DNA of 64,000 bases from Octopus sinensis (GCF_006345805.1 NC_043000.1:16492001-16556000), one strand, 5' to 3'. Shown: positions 25,340 to 37,086, counted from the first letter of the stretch. The notes: generated by a model not told the origin, from the sequence alone. Numbers and translations: made by a program.

Positions 25340-26385
25340 GTCCACCTTCATGGGGAAGTACTCAGACATGTTGTTCTACTCTTCCTTCAGGATTTGCTTA
25401 AAATGATCAACACTTGGATGTGAAGTTCTGTTGGTAGCATGCTCCAATTTTCCCCAGATGGTATAGTCCAGGGGGTTCAAGTCTGAGCTGGAAGAAGGCC
25501 AGAAGTTGGCAGACCAAAAGTCAGAGAAGCTGTCTTCGCAGAATTTCTGCACTTCCTTCGCCATATGAGCAGGAGCACCATCTTAGGTCAACACATAATT
25601 ACCATTGGGTTAGTTAGATTTCAGCCAAGGTAAAACCTTATACCACAGGATTTTATAATAAACTTCAGTGGCACTTAAAAGGCACCATTCGAGTGTGGTC
25701 GTTCGTCGCCTTACTGGCACTTGTGCTTGTGCTAGTAGGGTGCCAAGAGCACCATCTGAGAGTGATCATTGCCAGAGCAGCCAACTGGCTTCCATGCCAG
25801 TGGCACGTAAAAGAGCACCATTCGAGCGGGATCGTTACCAACGTCGTCTTACTGGCACCTGTGCTGGTGGCATGTGTAAAAAGATTCGAGCAAGGTCATT
25901 GCCAGTACCATGCTGGTGGCATGTAAAAAGAACCCCCTACAGTCTCGGAGTGGTTGGCGTTAGGAAGGGCATCCAGCTGTAGAAACTCTGCCAAATCAAG
26001 ATTGGAGTTTAGTGCAGCCATCTGGTTTGCCAGCCCTCAGTCAAAATCGTCCAACCTATGCTAGCATGGAAAGCGGACGTTAAATGATGATGATGATGAT
26101 TCAGCCCCCACCTTTTCCCCAGACTTGAAAAAATGGAGTGGTATCTTTTTTCCGTCTCAGACACCACAACTCTGAGTATCATGACTTGAGCTGGGTGCTT
26201 GGTCCTAAAGATGTGCTTTACTTCAGAAGGGGAGTTAGCAATATATCAATCACTGTGATGGTTTGAAACAGCATCAATGGTAAAGGAATTTTCATCGGAA
26301 AAGATTTTGATGGTTTGTCCATTGTGCTTTGGGTATTGCAACACATTTTCGGTCCTTTTGTGCCTTCTAGCTTTCACTGCATGGG
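25340..26385 (-). pseudogene. Tc1/mariner superfamily (maT/DD37D-like) transposase fragments split by an RTE 3' end (25670-26100)
   Basis: KIFSDENSFTIDAV and FWPSSSSDLNPLDY motifs. Confidence 0.7.
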
Positions 26386-26820
26386 TCAATACATCAAACT
26401 CCAACGTCTGGCAGCTGACTTGGCAGACACCCATAAAATTATCAACCATCGTACAAACAATAACTCTGAGCACCTTTTCAAACTCCACCCATCTAACACC
26501 CGTGGACATATTTACAAAGTAAGGAAACAGCACAGCTCCCATGACTTCAGGAAACATTTTTTCACGCTGAGAGTTGCTGAAGCATGGAACAAACTGTTGT
26601 TAGTTGTCGGAGCACTGCATCCTTCAAAACTTCCATGCTTCCTGAGATTCGCCAACACTACACTTGATTTTCTCCCCTCCATACACACACAAGCATGTAT
26701 CTGACTCAACATTGTTCGCTTTCCAGACATTTCTACATTACCGCATGTACTTTATATGCACTTTCTGACAAGTTGTGGTGCATCTGAGCACTGTATACAA
26801 TAATTTCATTATTTTTATTA
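26386..26820 (+). mobile_element. CR1/L2-type LINE 3' end (ORF2 C-terminus plus 3' UTR)
   Basis: DLADTHKII...TRGH...RKHFFTLRVAEAWNKL; related fragment at about 35030-35160. Confidence 0.8.
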
Positions 26821-26894
26821 TGTGTCGCAGGGTCCTCATGTTTGAACCCAAATATAAATCAGAGCGTACAGCATTTCTGATGGTCTTTGGATCA

Positions 26895-27086
26895 ACCTTC
26901 ATATCCATGAAGACTCTTTTAGCTGAAGAATGGACAAAAATTCCTTTGGAAACAATTCAAACTTTGTATGAGTCCATACCTCATAGAATTCAAGCTGTAA
27001 TTACAGCAAAAGGCGGTCCTACCCCATATTAAAATTAATTTGTTTGAAATTTTAAGGTGTTTCCATTATTTTGTCCAACCCCTGTA
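26895..27086 (+). mobile_element. Tc1-like transposon 3' end with TIR
   Basis: EEWTKIP..IQTLYESIPHRIQAVITAKGGPTPY* followed by TTATTTTGTCCAACCCCTG|TA. Confidence 0.8.
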
Positions 27087-29710
27087 TGTATGTATATATA
27101 TGGACACATAAGCTATGGACACATAAGAGGTGCAGCAATGTCAAAGGAAGGCTAACTAAGAAAATAGTTTTTGTCTGTGGCAGATGCTCAAGAGAAATAA
27201 ACACTGGAAATGTGCAGAGACCAACTTCTACCACGTTCCAGGGAGACAAACTAGAAGTAGTTGATAGCTTCCGCTACCTAGGAGACCAAGTCAGTAACGG
27301 GGGTGGGTGTGCTGAAAGTGTAACTGCTAGAGTAAGAATAGCCTGGGCAAAGTTTAGGGAGCTCTTACCCCTGCTGGTGACAAAAGGCCTCTCGCTAAGA
27401 GTAAAAGGCAGACTATATGATGCGTGTGTACGTACAGCCATGCTACATGGTAGTGAAACATGGGCCGTGACAGCTGAGGATATGCGTAAGCTTGCAAGAA
27501 ATGAAGCCAGTATGCTCCGATGGATGTGTAATGTCAGTGTTCATAATCGTCAGAGTGTAAGTACTTTGAGAGAAAAGTTGAACCTAAGAAGTGTCAGTTG
27601 TGGTGTGCAAGAGAGACGGCTGCGCTGGTATGGTCATGTGACGAGAATGGCTGAAGATAGTTGTGTGCAAAAGTGCTACACCCTAGCAGTTGAGGGAACC
27701 TGTGGAAGAGGTAGACCCAGGAAAACCTGGGACGAGGTGGTGAAGCACGACCTTCGAACTTTAGGTCTCACCAAGGAAATGACTGAAGACCGAGTCCTAT
27801 GGAAGTGTGCTGTGCATGAGAGGACCCGGCAGGACTAGTCAGGCCATATCCCGTGGCCCCTACCTGGGACATAGTCGATCCACCTGTGCATACCTTCCTT
27901 CTTGTGACACTTGTGAAGACCTGCTGAGGCAAGTGAAAATCAATCAAAATAGATGAACATCAATGGAATTTGTATCTTTGTGGTACCAGTGCCTGTGGCA
28001 CACAAGAAAACCATCCGAACGTGGCTGTAGCCAGTACCGCGTCGACTCGCCTCCGTGATGTGGGAACATGGTGGCACATAAAAACACCATCCGAAGACCC
28101 GGCAAGACTAGTCAGGTCATAACCCGTGGGCCCTACCTGGGACGTAGTCAGTCCACCTGTACATACCTTCCTTCTTGCGACACTTGTGAAGACCTGTTGA
28201 GGCAAGTGAAAATCAAAACAAATCAAAATAGATGAACATCAATGGAATTTGTATCTTTGTGGTACCAGTGCCGGTGGCACACAAGAGAAAACCATCCGAA
28301 AGTGGCCGTAGCCAGTACCGCATCGACTGGCCTCCGTGCTGTGGGCACATGACAAACCCCATCCGATCGTGGCCGTTCGCCAGCCTCATCTAGCACCTGT
28401 GTCGGTGGCACATAAAAACACCATCCGAAGACCCGGCAAGACTAGTCAGGCCATAACCCATGGCCCCTACCTGGGACGTAGTCAGTCCACCTGTGCATAC
28501 CTTCCTTCTTGTGACACTTGTGAAGACCTGTTGAGGCAAGTGAAAATCAAAATCAAAATCAAAACAAATCAAAATAGATGAACATCAATGGAATCTGTAT
28601 CTTTGTGGTACCAGTGCCGGTGGCACACAAGAGAACCATCCGAACACGTGGCCGTAGCCAGTTCCGCATCGACCGGCCTCCGTGCTGTGGGCACGTAACA
28701 AACACCATCCGATCATGGCCGTTCGCCAGCCTCATCTGGCACCTGTGTCGGTGGCACATAAAAACACCTTCCGAAGACCCGGCAAGACTAGTCAGTCCAC
28801 CTGTGCATACCTTCCTCTTGTGACACCTGTGAAGACCGGTTGAGGCAAGTGAAAATCAAATCAAATCAAATCAAATCAAAATAGACAAATAGATGAACAT
28901 CAATGGAATTTGTATCTTGTGGTACCAGTGCCTGTGGCACACAAGAAATCCATCAGTGCTGTAGTCAGTGCGGTGGGCACATGACAAACCCCATCCGATC
29001 GTGGCCGTTCGCCAGCCTCATCTAGCACCTGTGTCGGTGGCACATAAAAACACCATCCGAAGACCCGGCAAGACTAGTCAGGCCATAACCCATGGCCCCT
29101 ACCTGGGACGTAGTCAGTCCACCTGTGCATACCTTCCTTCTTGTGACACTTGTGAAGACCTGTTGAGGCAAGTGAAAATCAAATCAAAACAAATCAAAAT
29201 AGATGAACATCAATGGAATTTGTATCCTTGTGGTACCAGTGCCGGTGGCACGTGGCACACAAGAAAACCATCCGAACGTGGCCGTAGCCAGTACCGCATC
29301 GACTGGCCTCCGTGCTGTGGGCACGTAACAAGCACCATCCGATCGTGGCCGTTTGCCAGCCTCATCTGGCACCTGTGTCGGTGGCACATAAAAACACCAT
29401 CCGAGCGTGGCCGTCTGCCAGCCTCGTCTGGCACCTGTGTCGGTGGCACATAAAAAACACCATCCGAGCGTGGCCGTTTGCCAGCCTCGTCTGGCACCTG
29501 TGTCGGTGGCACATAAAATCACCCACTACACTCTCGGAGTGGTTGGCGTTAGGAAGGGCATCCAGCTGTAGAAACACTGCCAGATCTGACTGGACTGGTG
29601 CAGCTTTCGGGCTCCCCAGACCCCAGTTGAACCGTCCAACCCATGCTAGCATGGAAAGCGGACGTTAAATGATGATGATGATGATCATCATCATCATCAT
29701 CATTGTCATC
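27071..29710 (+). mobile_element. 5'-truncated RTE-clade LINE: ORF C-terminus (stop at 27838), about 1.8 kb tandemly repeated 3' UTR, (GAT)n tail
   Basis: FRYLGD...ARVRIAWAKFRELLPLL...LHGSETW...RLRWYGHV...RGRPRKTW; UTR modules start at about 27824, 28096, 28430, 28776 and 29062. Confidence 0.92.
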
Positions 29711-29722
29711 ACCATCAGTCGT

Positions 29723-29754
<32 letters not shown>

Positions 29755-30016
29755 CCTTTTCTTTCTTTGATTCTTTTACTGCATAGGCAATTAGCAGTTG
29801 CATTTGCATCCATTTATTTTTAACTTGGTACTTTTATTCAAGATCTGTCCAGAAATGAAGGTCAAAGCAGAGTGTATTTATGCATGGCTAATGTATTTTG
29901 CTAGGTTACTATGGTTTTAGATAGAAAAAGGGAAGTGAGGTGCAGATTTAGAAACTTCATATGGCTATAAAAATTACAGTGAGGTTGACTCGTCCCAACC
30001 TGAGGTTTAAGTTTAA

Positions 30017-30226
30017 CCCTTTGGTGTTTAAACCAGCCCAAATATTCTGCATGTTTTATATTCAAACTGGCCATATCTAGCCTCTCACACCTAACCTATA
30101 GTGACACTCTAAAAATAAACAATCATATCATTGAAACCTCAAAGCTATAACATAATGCATGATTAATTCAAAACAATTTGAGTGAAAAAGCATTAGATTT
30201 AATAGAGAAATTTGAATACCAAAGGG
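30017..30226. mobile_element. piggyBac-type MITE (family 2)
   Basis: TTAA|CCCTTTGG...CCAAAGGG|TTAA; related in reverse orientation to 51077-51295; absent from the other arm of the host fold-back. Confidence 0.85.
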
Positions 30227-30526
30227 TTAAAACTAAGAGTTGTAGACCTTAAAATAGGTCAAAGTGTATTTCTTAATGTTTTGTAAAACAGGCAGGTACT
30301 GCATCAGATCAAATATTATCAAATTAAATTCTATCAGATTAAATTATATACATGTGGTATAAGAAACTTATTTATGTGAGCAATTTGAAACCTTTCCTGT
30401 CTGATTGGGTTTCAGATTATATTCAGTTTTATGTGCATTGCTATGATTTCTTAAAAAGATATTTTAATTTTGGAGATGTACTTGCATAGCAAGTAATTTG
30501 ATCTGAGATCATGTGCTGAAACGAAA

Positions 30527-30817
30527 ACAATTGCAGCGTGGAAGGTGTTTATAAGCCATTTAAGAAACACACAAAAGCCGTTCGATTCACTTCAACATTT
30601 AAGTTAAATTTGTCAAAATATTTTCGTCGCTAAAATCCGCGACCTGTTCACTGACAAAAATCCGAGGGGAGATGCAGCACGGATTTTTGTCAGTGAACAG
30701 GTCGCGGATTTTAGCGACGAAAATATTTTGACAAATTTAACTTAAATGTTGAAGTGAATCGAATGGCTTTTGTGTGTTTCTTAAATGGCTTATAAACACC
30801 TTCCACGCTGCAATTGT
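30527..30817. repeat. Young palindrome (138-bp arms, 15-bp spacer) carrying hammerhead-like motifs in both arms
   Basis: 30527-30664 is the reverse complement of 30680-30817 with about one mismatch. Confidence 0.92.
30686..30735 (+). ncRNA. Variant type I hammerhead ribozyme (G3:C8 core); mirror copy on - strand at 30609-30658
   Basis: TTTGTCA-GTGAACA-G-GTCGC(GGATTTTA)GCGAC-GAAA-ATAT-T-T-TGACAAA; 7-bp stem I, 5-bp stem II. Confidence 0.6.
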
Positions 30818-31397
30818 ATATTTTAATTTAATGAGACATTTTAAAAAAGATATTTTGATTTTATGAAATTAAATTAAAATATCATATAAGATTCTCATAC
30901 CACATGTATCTAATCTAATTTGATAGAATTTAATTTGATTTTGTTTAAACCCATCTGGTACCTGCCAGGTGTATAAACATTGAGGAATACACTTTGACCT
31001 ACTTAGGATTTAGAACTCTTAGTTTCAAACCTAAACATAAGGTCAGGATAAGGTCAACCACACTGTAATTTTTATAGCCATGTCAAGTTTCTAAATCTCC
31101 ATCTCCTTTCCTTTATTTTTCTATTTGAAACCATAGTAACCTGGCAAAATACATTTGCCATGCATAGATACACTCAGTTTGCTTTGAACTACATTTGTGA
31201 CAGATCTAGGAGCCTAGTTGAAAATAGATGGATGCAAATGCTAATTGCCTATGCAACAGAAACACGTGTCGGTCGTACCTAAACCAATTATGCTGTATCA
31301 TTAATTGTAAAAATAAAAAAGTCTGCAGATGATATGCACACAATGAAACCAAGCTCATGACCACCTGTTTGGGGCACAGCCATATATATATATATAT

Positions 31398-31640
31398 ATC
31401 ATCATCATCGTTTAACGTCCGTTTTCCATGCTAGCATGGGTTGGACGGTTCGACCGGGGTCTGGGAAGCCAGGAGGCTGCAACAGGCTCCAGTCTCATCT
31501 GGCAGTGTTTCTACAGCTGGATGCCCTTCATAACGCCAACCACTCTGTGAGTGTAGTGGGTGCTTTTTACGTGCCAGGGGAGGCTGGCAACGGCCACGAT
31601 CAGTTGGTGCCTTTTACATGCCACCGGCACAGAAGCCACA
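31398..31640 (-). mobile_element. RTE LINE 3' end
   Basis: (ATC)n tail plus terminal module. Confidence 0.8.
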
Positions 31641-32169
31641 TATATATATATATATATATATATATTGTGTGTGACATATTTAATTTTAATTTTGCAATTT
31701 AAATAACAAAACTTCAAACATATCCCATTCCCCATCAAACAAATAATCCAACCTGGCTAACCCACACCTTTTCTACCCACTCCCACCTCTGTCACCGTCC
31801 TAACTTTCCATCCATCCCAACATTTAACAGTATTATTAACAAACTAAGCAAACCACAGTACCATTCACCTCCACATCCATTCAAAGCCTCATCACCTAAA
31901 AAATAATTAACATTGATGGCAATTTAATATTTACAAAAAAATCAAAACAGCTTGTATGTTGTTACAACTGACCTCCACAACAACTCAAAATGCAGGCCTG
32001 AAATCACACGCCAATATAACCACTTTTCTACAATTTTTACTGAATTACCTGGGTAACCATATACTATCTACGTTTTATGCAGTGATTTCAATCATATTTA
32101 TAGAACAACATACAACTACTTTAACACAATAGGGATAAGTGTGGGTGTATGTTTAAGAAGCTTGCTTCT

Positions 32170-32468
32170 TCCTTGAGTTGAGAGGGGACTTTGCACCATC
32201 CACAGATCTCGTCAGGGGCCCTCAACAGGTAGTCCCGTTGAAACTTCTAGTTGTCTTCCACATCATGTGATGCTATATCCTCCTCTATTTCATTAAAAGC
32301 TTTGAGTAAAACATCTCTAAATCTCTGTCCATTCGCAGGATCCTTAAGCTTCCAGACTCTTTTCCTCCATGCTGGTTGTCATCTGGGCATCCATTTGCCC
32401 TGATCCTGAAGTCACTAACTACTAATCGATGTCGTAGGATGCATTCTTCACCTGGGAAGGTTTTGGCA
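32170..32468 (-). pseudogene. RTE LINE endonuclease/linker fragment
   Basis: FPGEECILRHRLVVSDFRI...RVWKLKDP. Confidence 0.7.
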
Positions 32469-32527
32469 TTTATATATATATATATATATATATACTTTAT
32501 TTAAAGCAGCAGAAAATTCAACAAAAT

Positions 32528-32565
32528 CTGTTACTCTGAGTTTCTCGTTGCCGTTCATCAGACAG
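32528..32565 (-). ncRNA. Minimal type I hammerhead ribozyme motif in a short palindrome (32495-32627)
   Basis: Minus strand CTGT-CTGATGA-A-CG(GCAA)CG-A-GAAAC-TCAGA-GTA-ACAG; the + strand copy lacks the stem III/cleavage segment. Confidence 0.6.
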
Positions 32566-32696
32566 TTTTTTGTCTGATGAACGGCAACGAGAAGATTTTG
32601 TTGAATTTTCTGCTGCTTTAAATAAAGCATATTACTCTACCACTGGTATTTGAGTACTCTTTTTTCCACCTTGTTTCACATTTATGTGTTTACTCC

Positions 32697-32746
<50 letters not shown>

Positions 32747-33203
32747 TGTGTGTTTATGTTTGTGTATACCCTTGTCTAGACATCACATCACACAATGGTC
32801 GTAAATGACTGTCATTGTTATACAAACGATGTTGTTCATTCCCAGTCATCTGTGAAAAATATGTCTAGCTATGGAAAGCTATTACTTTGCTCGGAAAACA
32901 AGTGGTGGGTTGGTAACAGGAAGGGCACCCTACTGTAGAAAATGCTCTTCAACAAATTCCATCAGATGATAAAGGCAAATAGTGCATCCACCTTATTCAC
33001 CACTTTACCTCTGCCTTAAGTATGCAATACAAGGGAAATAACCAGACATCATAATCACTAAACGATTACGTCCCTGACATCTATTTAATTTACCCCTTGT
33101 CTTTACGCCATTTGTTTCTCTGCAAAATCTTTCCTGGCATTTCGTTCGTTTCAGCCAAACAAATTTGGTTGCTATGTTTGTGTCATTCTATCTGTGATTG
33201 AAA

Positions 33204-33596
33204 TCTTTATATATAAAAGTGAAGTTGTGTGTCTGTCTCCTACGATTTAGATTTCTAACTACTCCCACATTTTGCGGTGCAGTGTAACCAAAACCGGGTA
33301 TCTTATAGTCGTGATTCATATCGAGCCCTTCTGGGTATTAGCGCGCGTCTACGACGAGTCTACGATTTTTAAAATAATTTACCATCATTTTTTTCCCATT
33401 TTAATGCATTTTTTTAATATAAGGGAAGTAACTCTCTAAAAATGTCTACGATGAGTCAACGATTTAAAAAAAAAATTACCATAATTTTTTTCACATTTTT
33501 AATGTATTTTTTGCTATTCTTTGGCTATAACTCTCTAAAAATGCTTATATAGTTATTTCCCTTACAAACCCGAGCAACGCCGGGCGATCCTGCTAG
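33204..33596 (+). mobile_element. Non-autonomous Helitron
   Basis: A|TCTTTATATATAAAAG start; CCCGAGCAACGCCGGG hairpin then CTGCTAG|T. Confidence 0.88.
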
Positions 33597-33807
33597 TAAG
33601 TAATAAAAATTGCTATGATTCTGTATGATTGAGCACAAACAGTAATGGTACAACATTTAACACCGATTGGTATAAAGTGTTGATTACTCACTTTCCAGCG
33701 CATTACTATCGTACGTACATACACACACACACACACACACTTTCAGATTTCTGAGTAGTAAATTCCAGTCAAAAAGATACCACCAGTTCCCGCCTACAAT
33801 TCTTTTC

Positions 33808-34360
33808 TACTCTAGGCACAAGGTCTGAAATTTTGGGGAAGGGGACCAGTAGATTAGATCGACTCCAGTACGCAACTGGTACTTAATTTATCGACTCCGA
33901 AAGGATGAAAAGCAAAGTTGACCTCAGCAGAATTTGAACCCAGAGCGTAAAGACAGACGAAATACCTATTTCATTACTACCCACAAGGGGCTAAACACAG
34001 AAAGGACAGACAAACGGATTAAGTCGATTATATCGACCCCAGTGCGTAACTGGTACTTATTTAATCGACCCCGAAAGGATGAAAGGCAAAGTTGACCTCA
34101 GCAGAATTTGAACTCAGAACGTAAGCGGCAGACGAAATACCTATTTCTTTATTGCCCACAAGGGGCTAGACAAACAAGGACAGACAAACGGGTTGAGTCG
34201 ATCACATCGACCCCAGTGCGTAACTAGTACTTAATTTTTCGACCCCGAAAGGATGAAAGGCAAAGTCGACCTCGGCGGAATTTGAACTCAGAACGTAACG
34301 GCTTACGAAATACCGCTAAGCATTTCGCTCAGCGTGCTAACGTTTCTACCAGCTCGCCTT
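33808..34360 (-). mobile_element. Family C (Nin/Deu-like) SINE with about three tandem copies of the central domain
   Basis: CGACCCCAGTGCGTAACTGGTACTT...CCGAAAGGATGAAAGGCAAAG repeated with a period of about 175 bp. Confidence 0.8.
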
Positions 34361-36187
34361 TTCCCGCCTACAATTGCATTTAACAGTACTGACAACTCTT
34401 CAGTCGTGCAGGCTAGAAGCACATGGCCTATTTTATGCAGGAGGTGAATACGCAATCCTAGTTAGCCCAGTGGTGATAAAAAACAGAATTAAACTAAAAA
34501 TGTGATGAAATTTATCCATTTTGAAAGAGGGGAAAGAAGAGTTGCCTCCCATGGCAATGTATCCGTAGATCTAAGTATATCAGCTGCACCTGTCTAAAAG
34601 TTTTCCGTTCTCTAGTCTAAAATGGGACCATCACGTTGCCCAAACGAATTTTCTTTTATATGAGCATTGATTTCCTCTCATCCAAGCAAAGCTTGAACTG
34701 CCTCTTTCTGTTCAGGTATTGCTGAGGTTGTTCCAGCAAAACCAGTTTATTTTACTCGGCATTTCTTCCTTTTAATTACCATATTTAGCTGGTTAATGTA
34801 ATGTCCTGCCACGCGAGGATTCTGAAAGTGTGTTCTGGCCTGTCTAGATGAACAATACTCTCAAATATATCTTAATTCTGACTGTGACAACCCATCCAAC
34901 TCGTGCCAGGCGTAACAGCAATGATGATACATATATATGCATGTGTGTATAAATATATACACACATTCATACACATGCCAGCATTAAATGATGATGATGT
35001 ATCGAAGCATGGAACAAATTGCTGGCATCAGTTGTTAGTTGTCGGAGCACCGCATCCTTCAAAACTTCCATGTTTCCTGAGATTCGCCAACACTACACCT
35101 GATTTTCTCCCCTCCTACACACACAAGCATGTATCTGACTCATACACTGTTCACTTTCCAGACATCATCATCATCATCATGAACACACACACACGAGTGT
35201 CACCTCAATGCACTTTTGTCTTCTGAGGCAGACAGTTACCAGTGGCAATAACAGTACATAAAATAGATTTATTTATATCAGAAAAAAGAGCCAATGATTG
35301 ATTGGAAGGTGGTGGTGGTGGTGGTGGCAGAGGAGGAGGAGATGGAAGAAGTATATCTTAGACTATATCTTCTGATGAGTGTTTCATTTTTAAGAATATG
35401 ATGATGATGATCCTTTCTGTTATAGGCACAAGGCCTGAAATTTTAGGGAAGAGGGTTAGTCGGTTAGATTAACCTCAGTGCTCAACTCCTGTTTATATCA
35501 TCAACCCCATAAGTATGAAAGGCAAAGTTGACCTCTGCAGAATTTGAACTCAAAAAGTAAAAATGATCAAAATTCCACTAAGCATTTTATCCATTATGCC
35601 AATGATCCTGACAGCTTGCCACCTTCATATCATCATTATTATTATTATTAATAATAATAATGGGTTCAGATTTTGGCACAAGGCCAACAATTTTGGGAGA
35701 AGAGTTAAGTCGATAAGATCAGCCTCTGTGCTCAACCTCAAAATTATGTAAAGCAAAGTTTACCTCACCAGAATTTCAGAATATAAGGACAGATGAAATT
35801 CCACTAAGCATTTTGTAGGCATTTTACACCTGCCCTCACAATGGTTCTACAATATTTAATGTAGCAAAATATGAAACCACTGTCAAGGATATTGATAATG
35901 ATACTGATCCTTGGATTGTCACCATGTTTGGAGTATAACAAGAGAAGTTGGTGGCCAAGAATGGTATATGGTCAAGTGAAGTTTCAGTGACACCCAAAGA
36001 TAACAGGACATGTCAAAGCAGTGTTCCATTGAAAGTGTGGAAAGAAAGGGTGTTACTTCTAGGCAAAAGGCTTGACTGCAACATAGGTGTCAATAAGGAC
36101 CATGTGAGAGTTTTCTATCAAAGCCTCTGAAGAGCTCAAAAAGTGGGGAAAGAAAGAGCAGTAGAACCAACAACAGCAGCAGCAGTG

Positions 36188-36560
36188 GAGTCGCAATGGC
36201 CCAGTGGTTAGGGCAGCGGACTCGTGGTCGGAGGATCGCAGTTTCGATTCCCAGACCAGGCATTGTGTGTGTTTATTGAGCGAAAACACCTAAAGCTCCA
36301 CGAGGCTCTGGCAGGAGGTGGTGGTGACCCCTGTTGTACTCTTTCGCCCCAACTTTCTCTCACTCTTTCTTCCTGTTTCTTGTCCCCGACTTCCTACGCA
36401 ACCGCTGAGCCTGGATGCGCATTCATCCATCCATCGATGCTCTCGGTGTCGGGAGTTGACCTGCTTTCTCTTCTGTGGGTTTTACGAATAGCAAAGGACC
36501 ACATTTCGGGCTTCTCCCATCTTGTGAGCTCTTGGAAGAAGACCGTTTGCTCAACAACAA
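36188..36560 (+). mobile_element. Family A SINE head and body with a different 3' half
   Basis: Matches 130-514 up to TCCTGTTTCT (about 36379), then switches to unrelated GC-rich sequence; right boundary approximate. Confidence 0.7.
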
Positions 36561-36759
36561 CAACAGCAGAAGTTTTAGTTCCATCAGCATCACCAGCCGT
36601 GGCTCCAAGGCTGACCAAGAGCCTTACTTTGCTCTCAGAATCATGAGTCAATGACTAGGGTCAAGCTGTAGTAGCACCCCATCATCTCATGGTAATGAAT
36701 AAAAAAAGGCAGGTCACTTGCTTGGGGCAGGGGATAAATTTAACAGTATAATGAATTTT

Positions 36760-37086
36760 GGCTTCTGTGCTGGTGGCACATAAAAAGCACCATCCGAACG
36801 TGGCCGATGCCAGCACCGCCTCAACTGGCTTCTGTGCCGGTGGAACATAAAAAGCACCAACCGATCGTGGCCAATGCCAGACCCCTCTGGCACCTGTGCA
36901 GGTGGCACGTAAAAAGCACCCACCACACTCGCGGAGTGGTTGGCGTTAGGAAGGGCATCCAGCTGTAGAATCACTGCCAGATCAGACTGGAGCCTGGAGC
37001 AGCCCCTGGCTCCCCAGACCCCGGTCGAACCTTCCAACCCGTGCTAGGGCGGAAAACGGACGTTAAACGATGATGATGATGATGAT
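36760..37086 (+). mobile_element. RTE LINE 3' end
   Basis: Sub-repeats plus terminal module plus (GAT)n. Confidence 0.8.

Larger units (their letters stand above)
29780..31255. mobile_element. Old fold-back/long-TIR element with diverged arms and nested insertions
   Basis: TGCATAGGCAATTAGC at left and GCTAATTGCCTATGCA at right; arms alignable in inversion over several hundred bp. Confidence 0.8.

Noticed and set aside
28180-28215. Hammerhead-like GTGAAGA...GAAA in the RTE UTR module
   Set aside because: GAAA does not follow stem II directly and no stem III or NUH site can be formed
27824-29520. CRISPR-like or novel repeat-spacer array
   Set aside because: The units repeat in their entirety without unique spacers and are continuous with an RTE ORF and tail in a eukaryotic context
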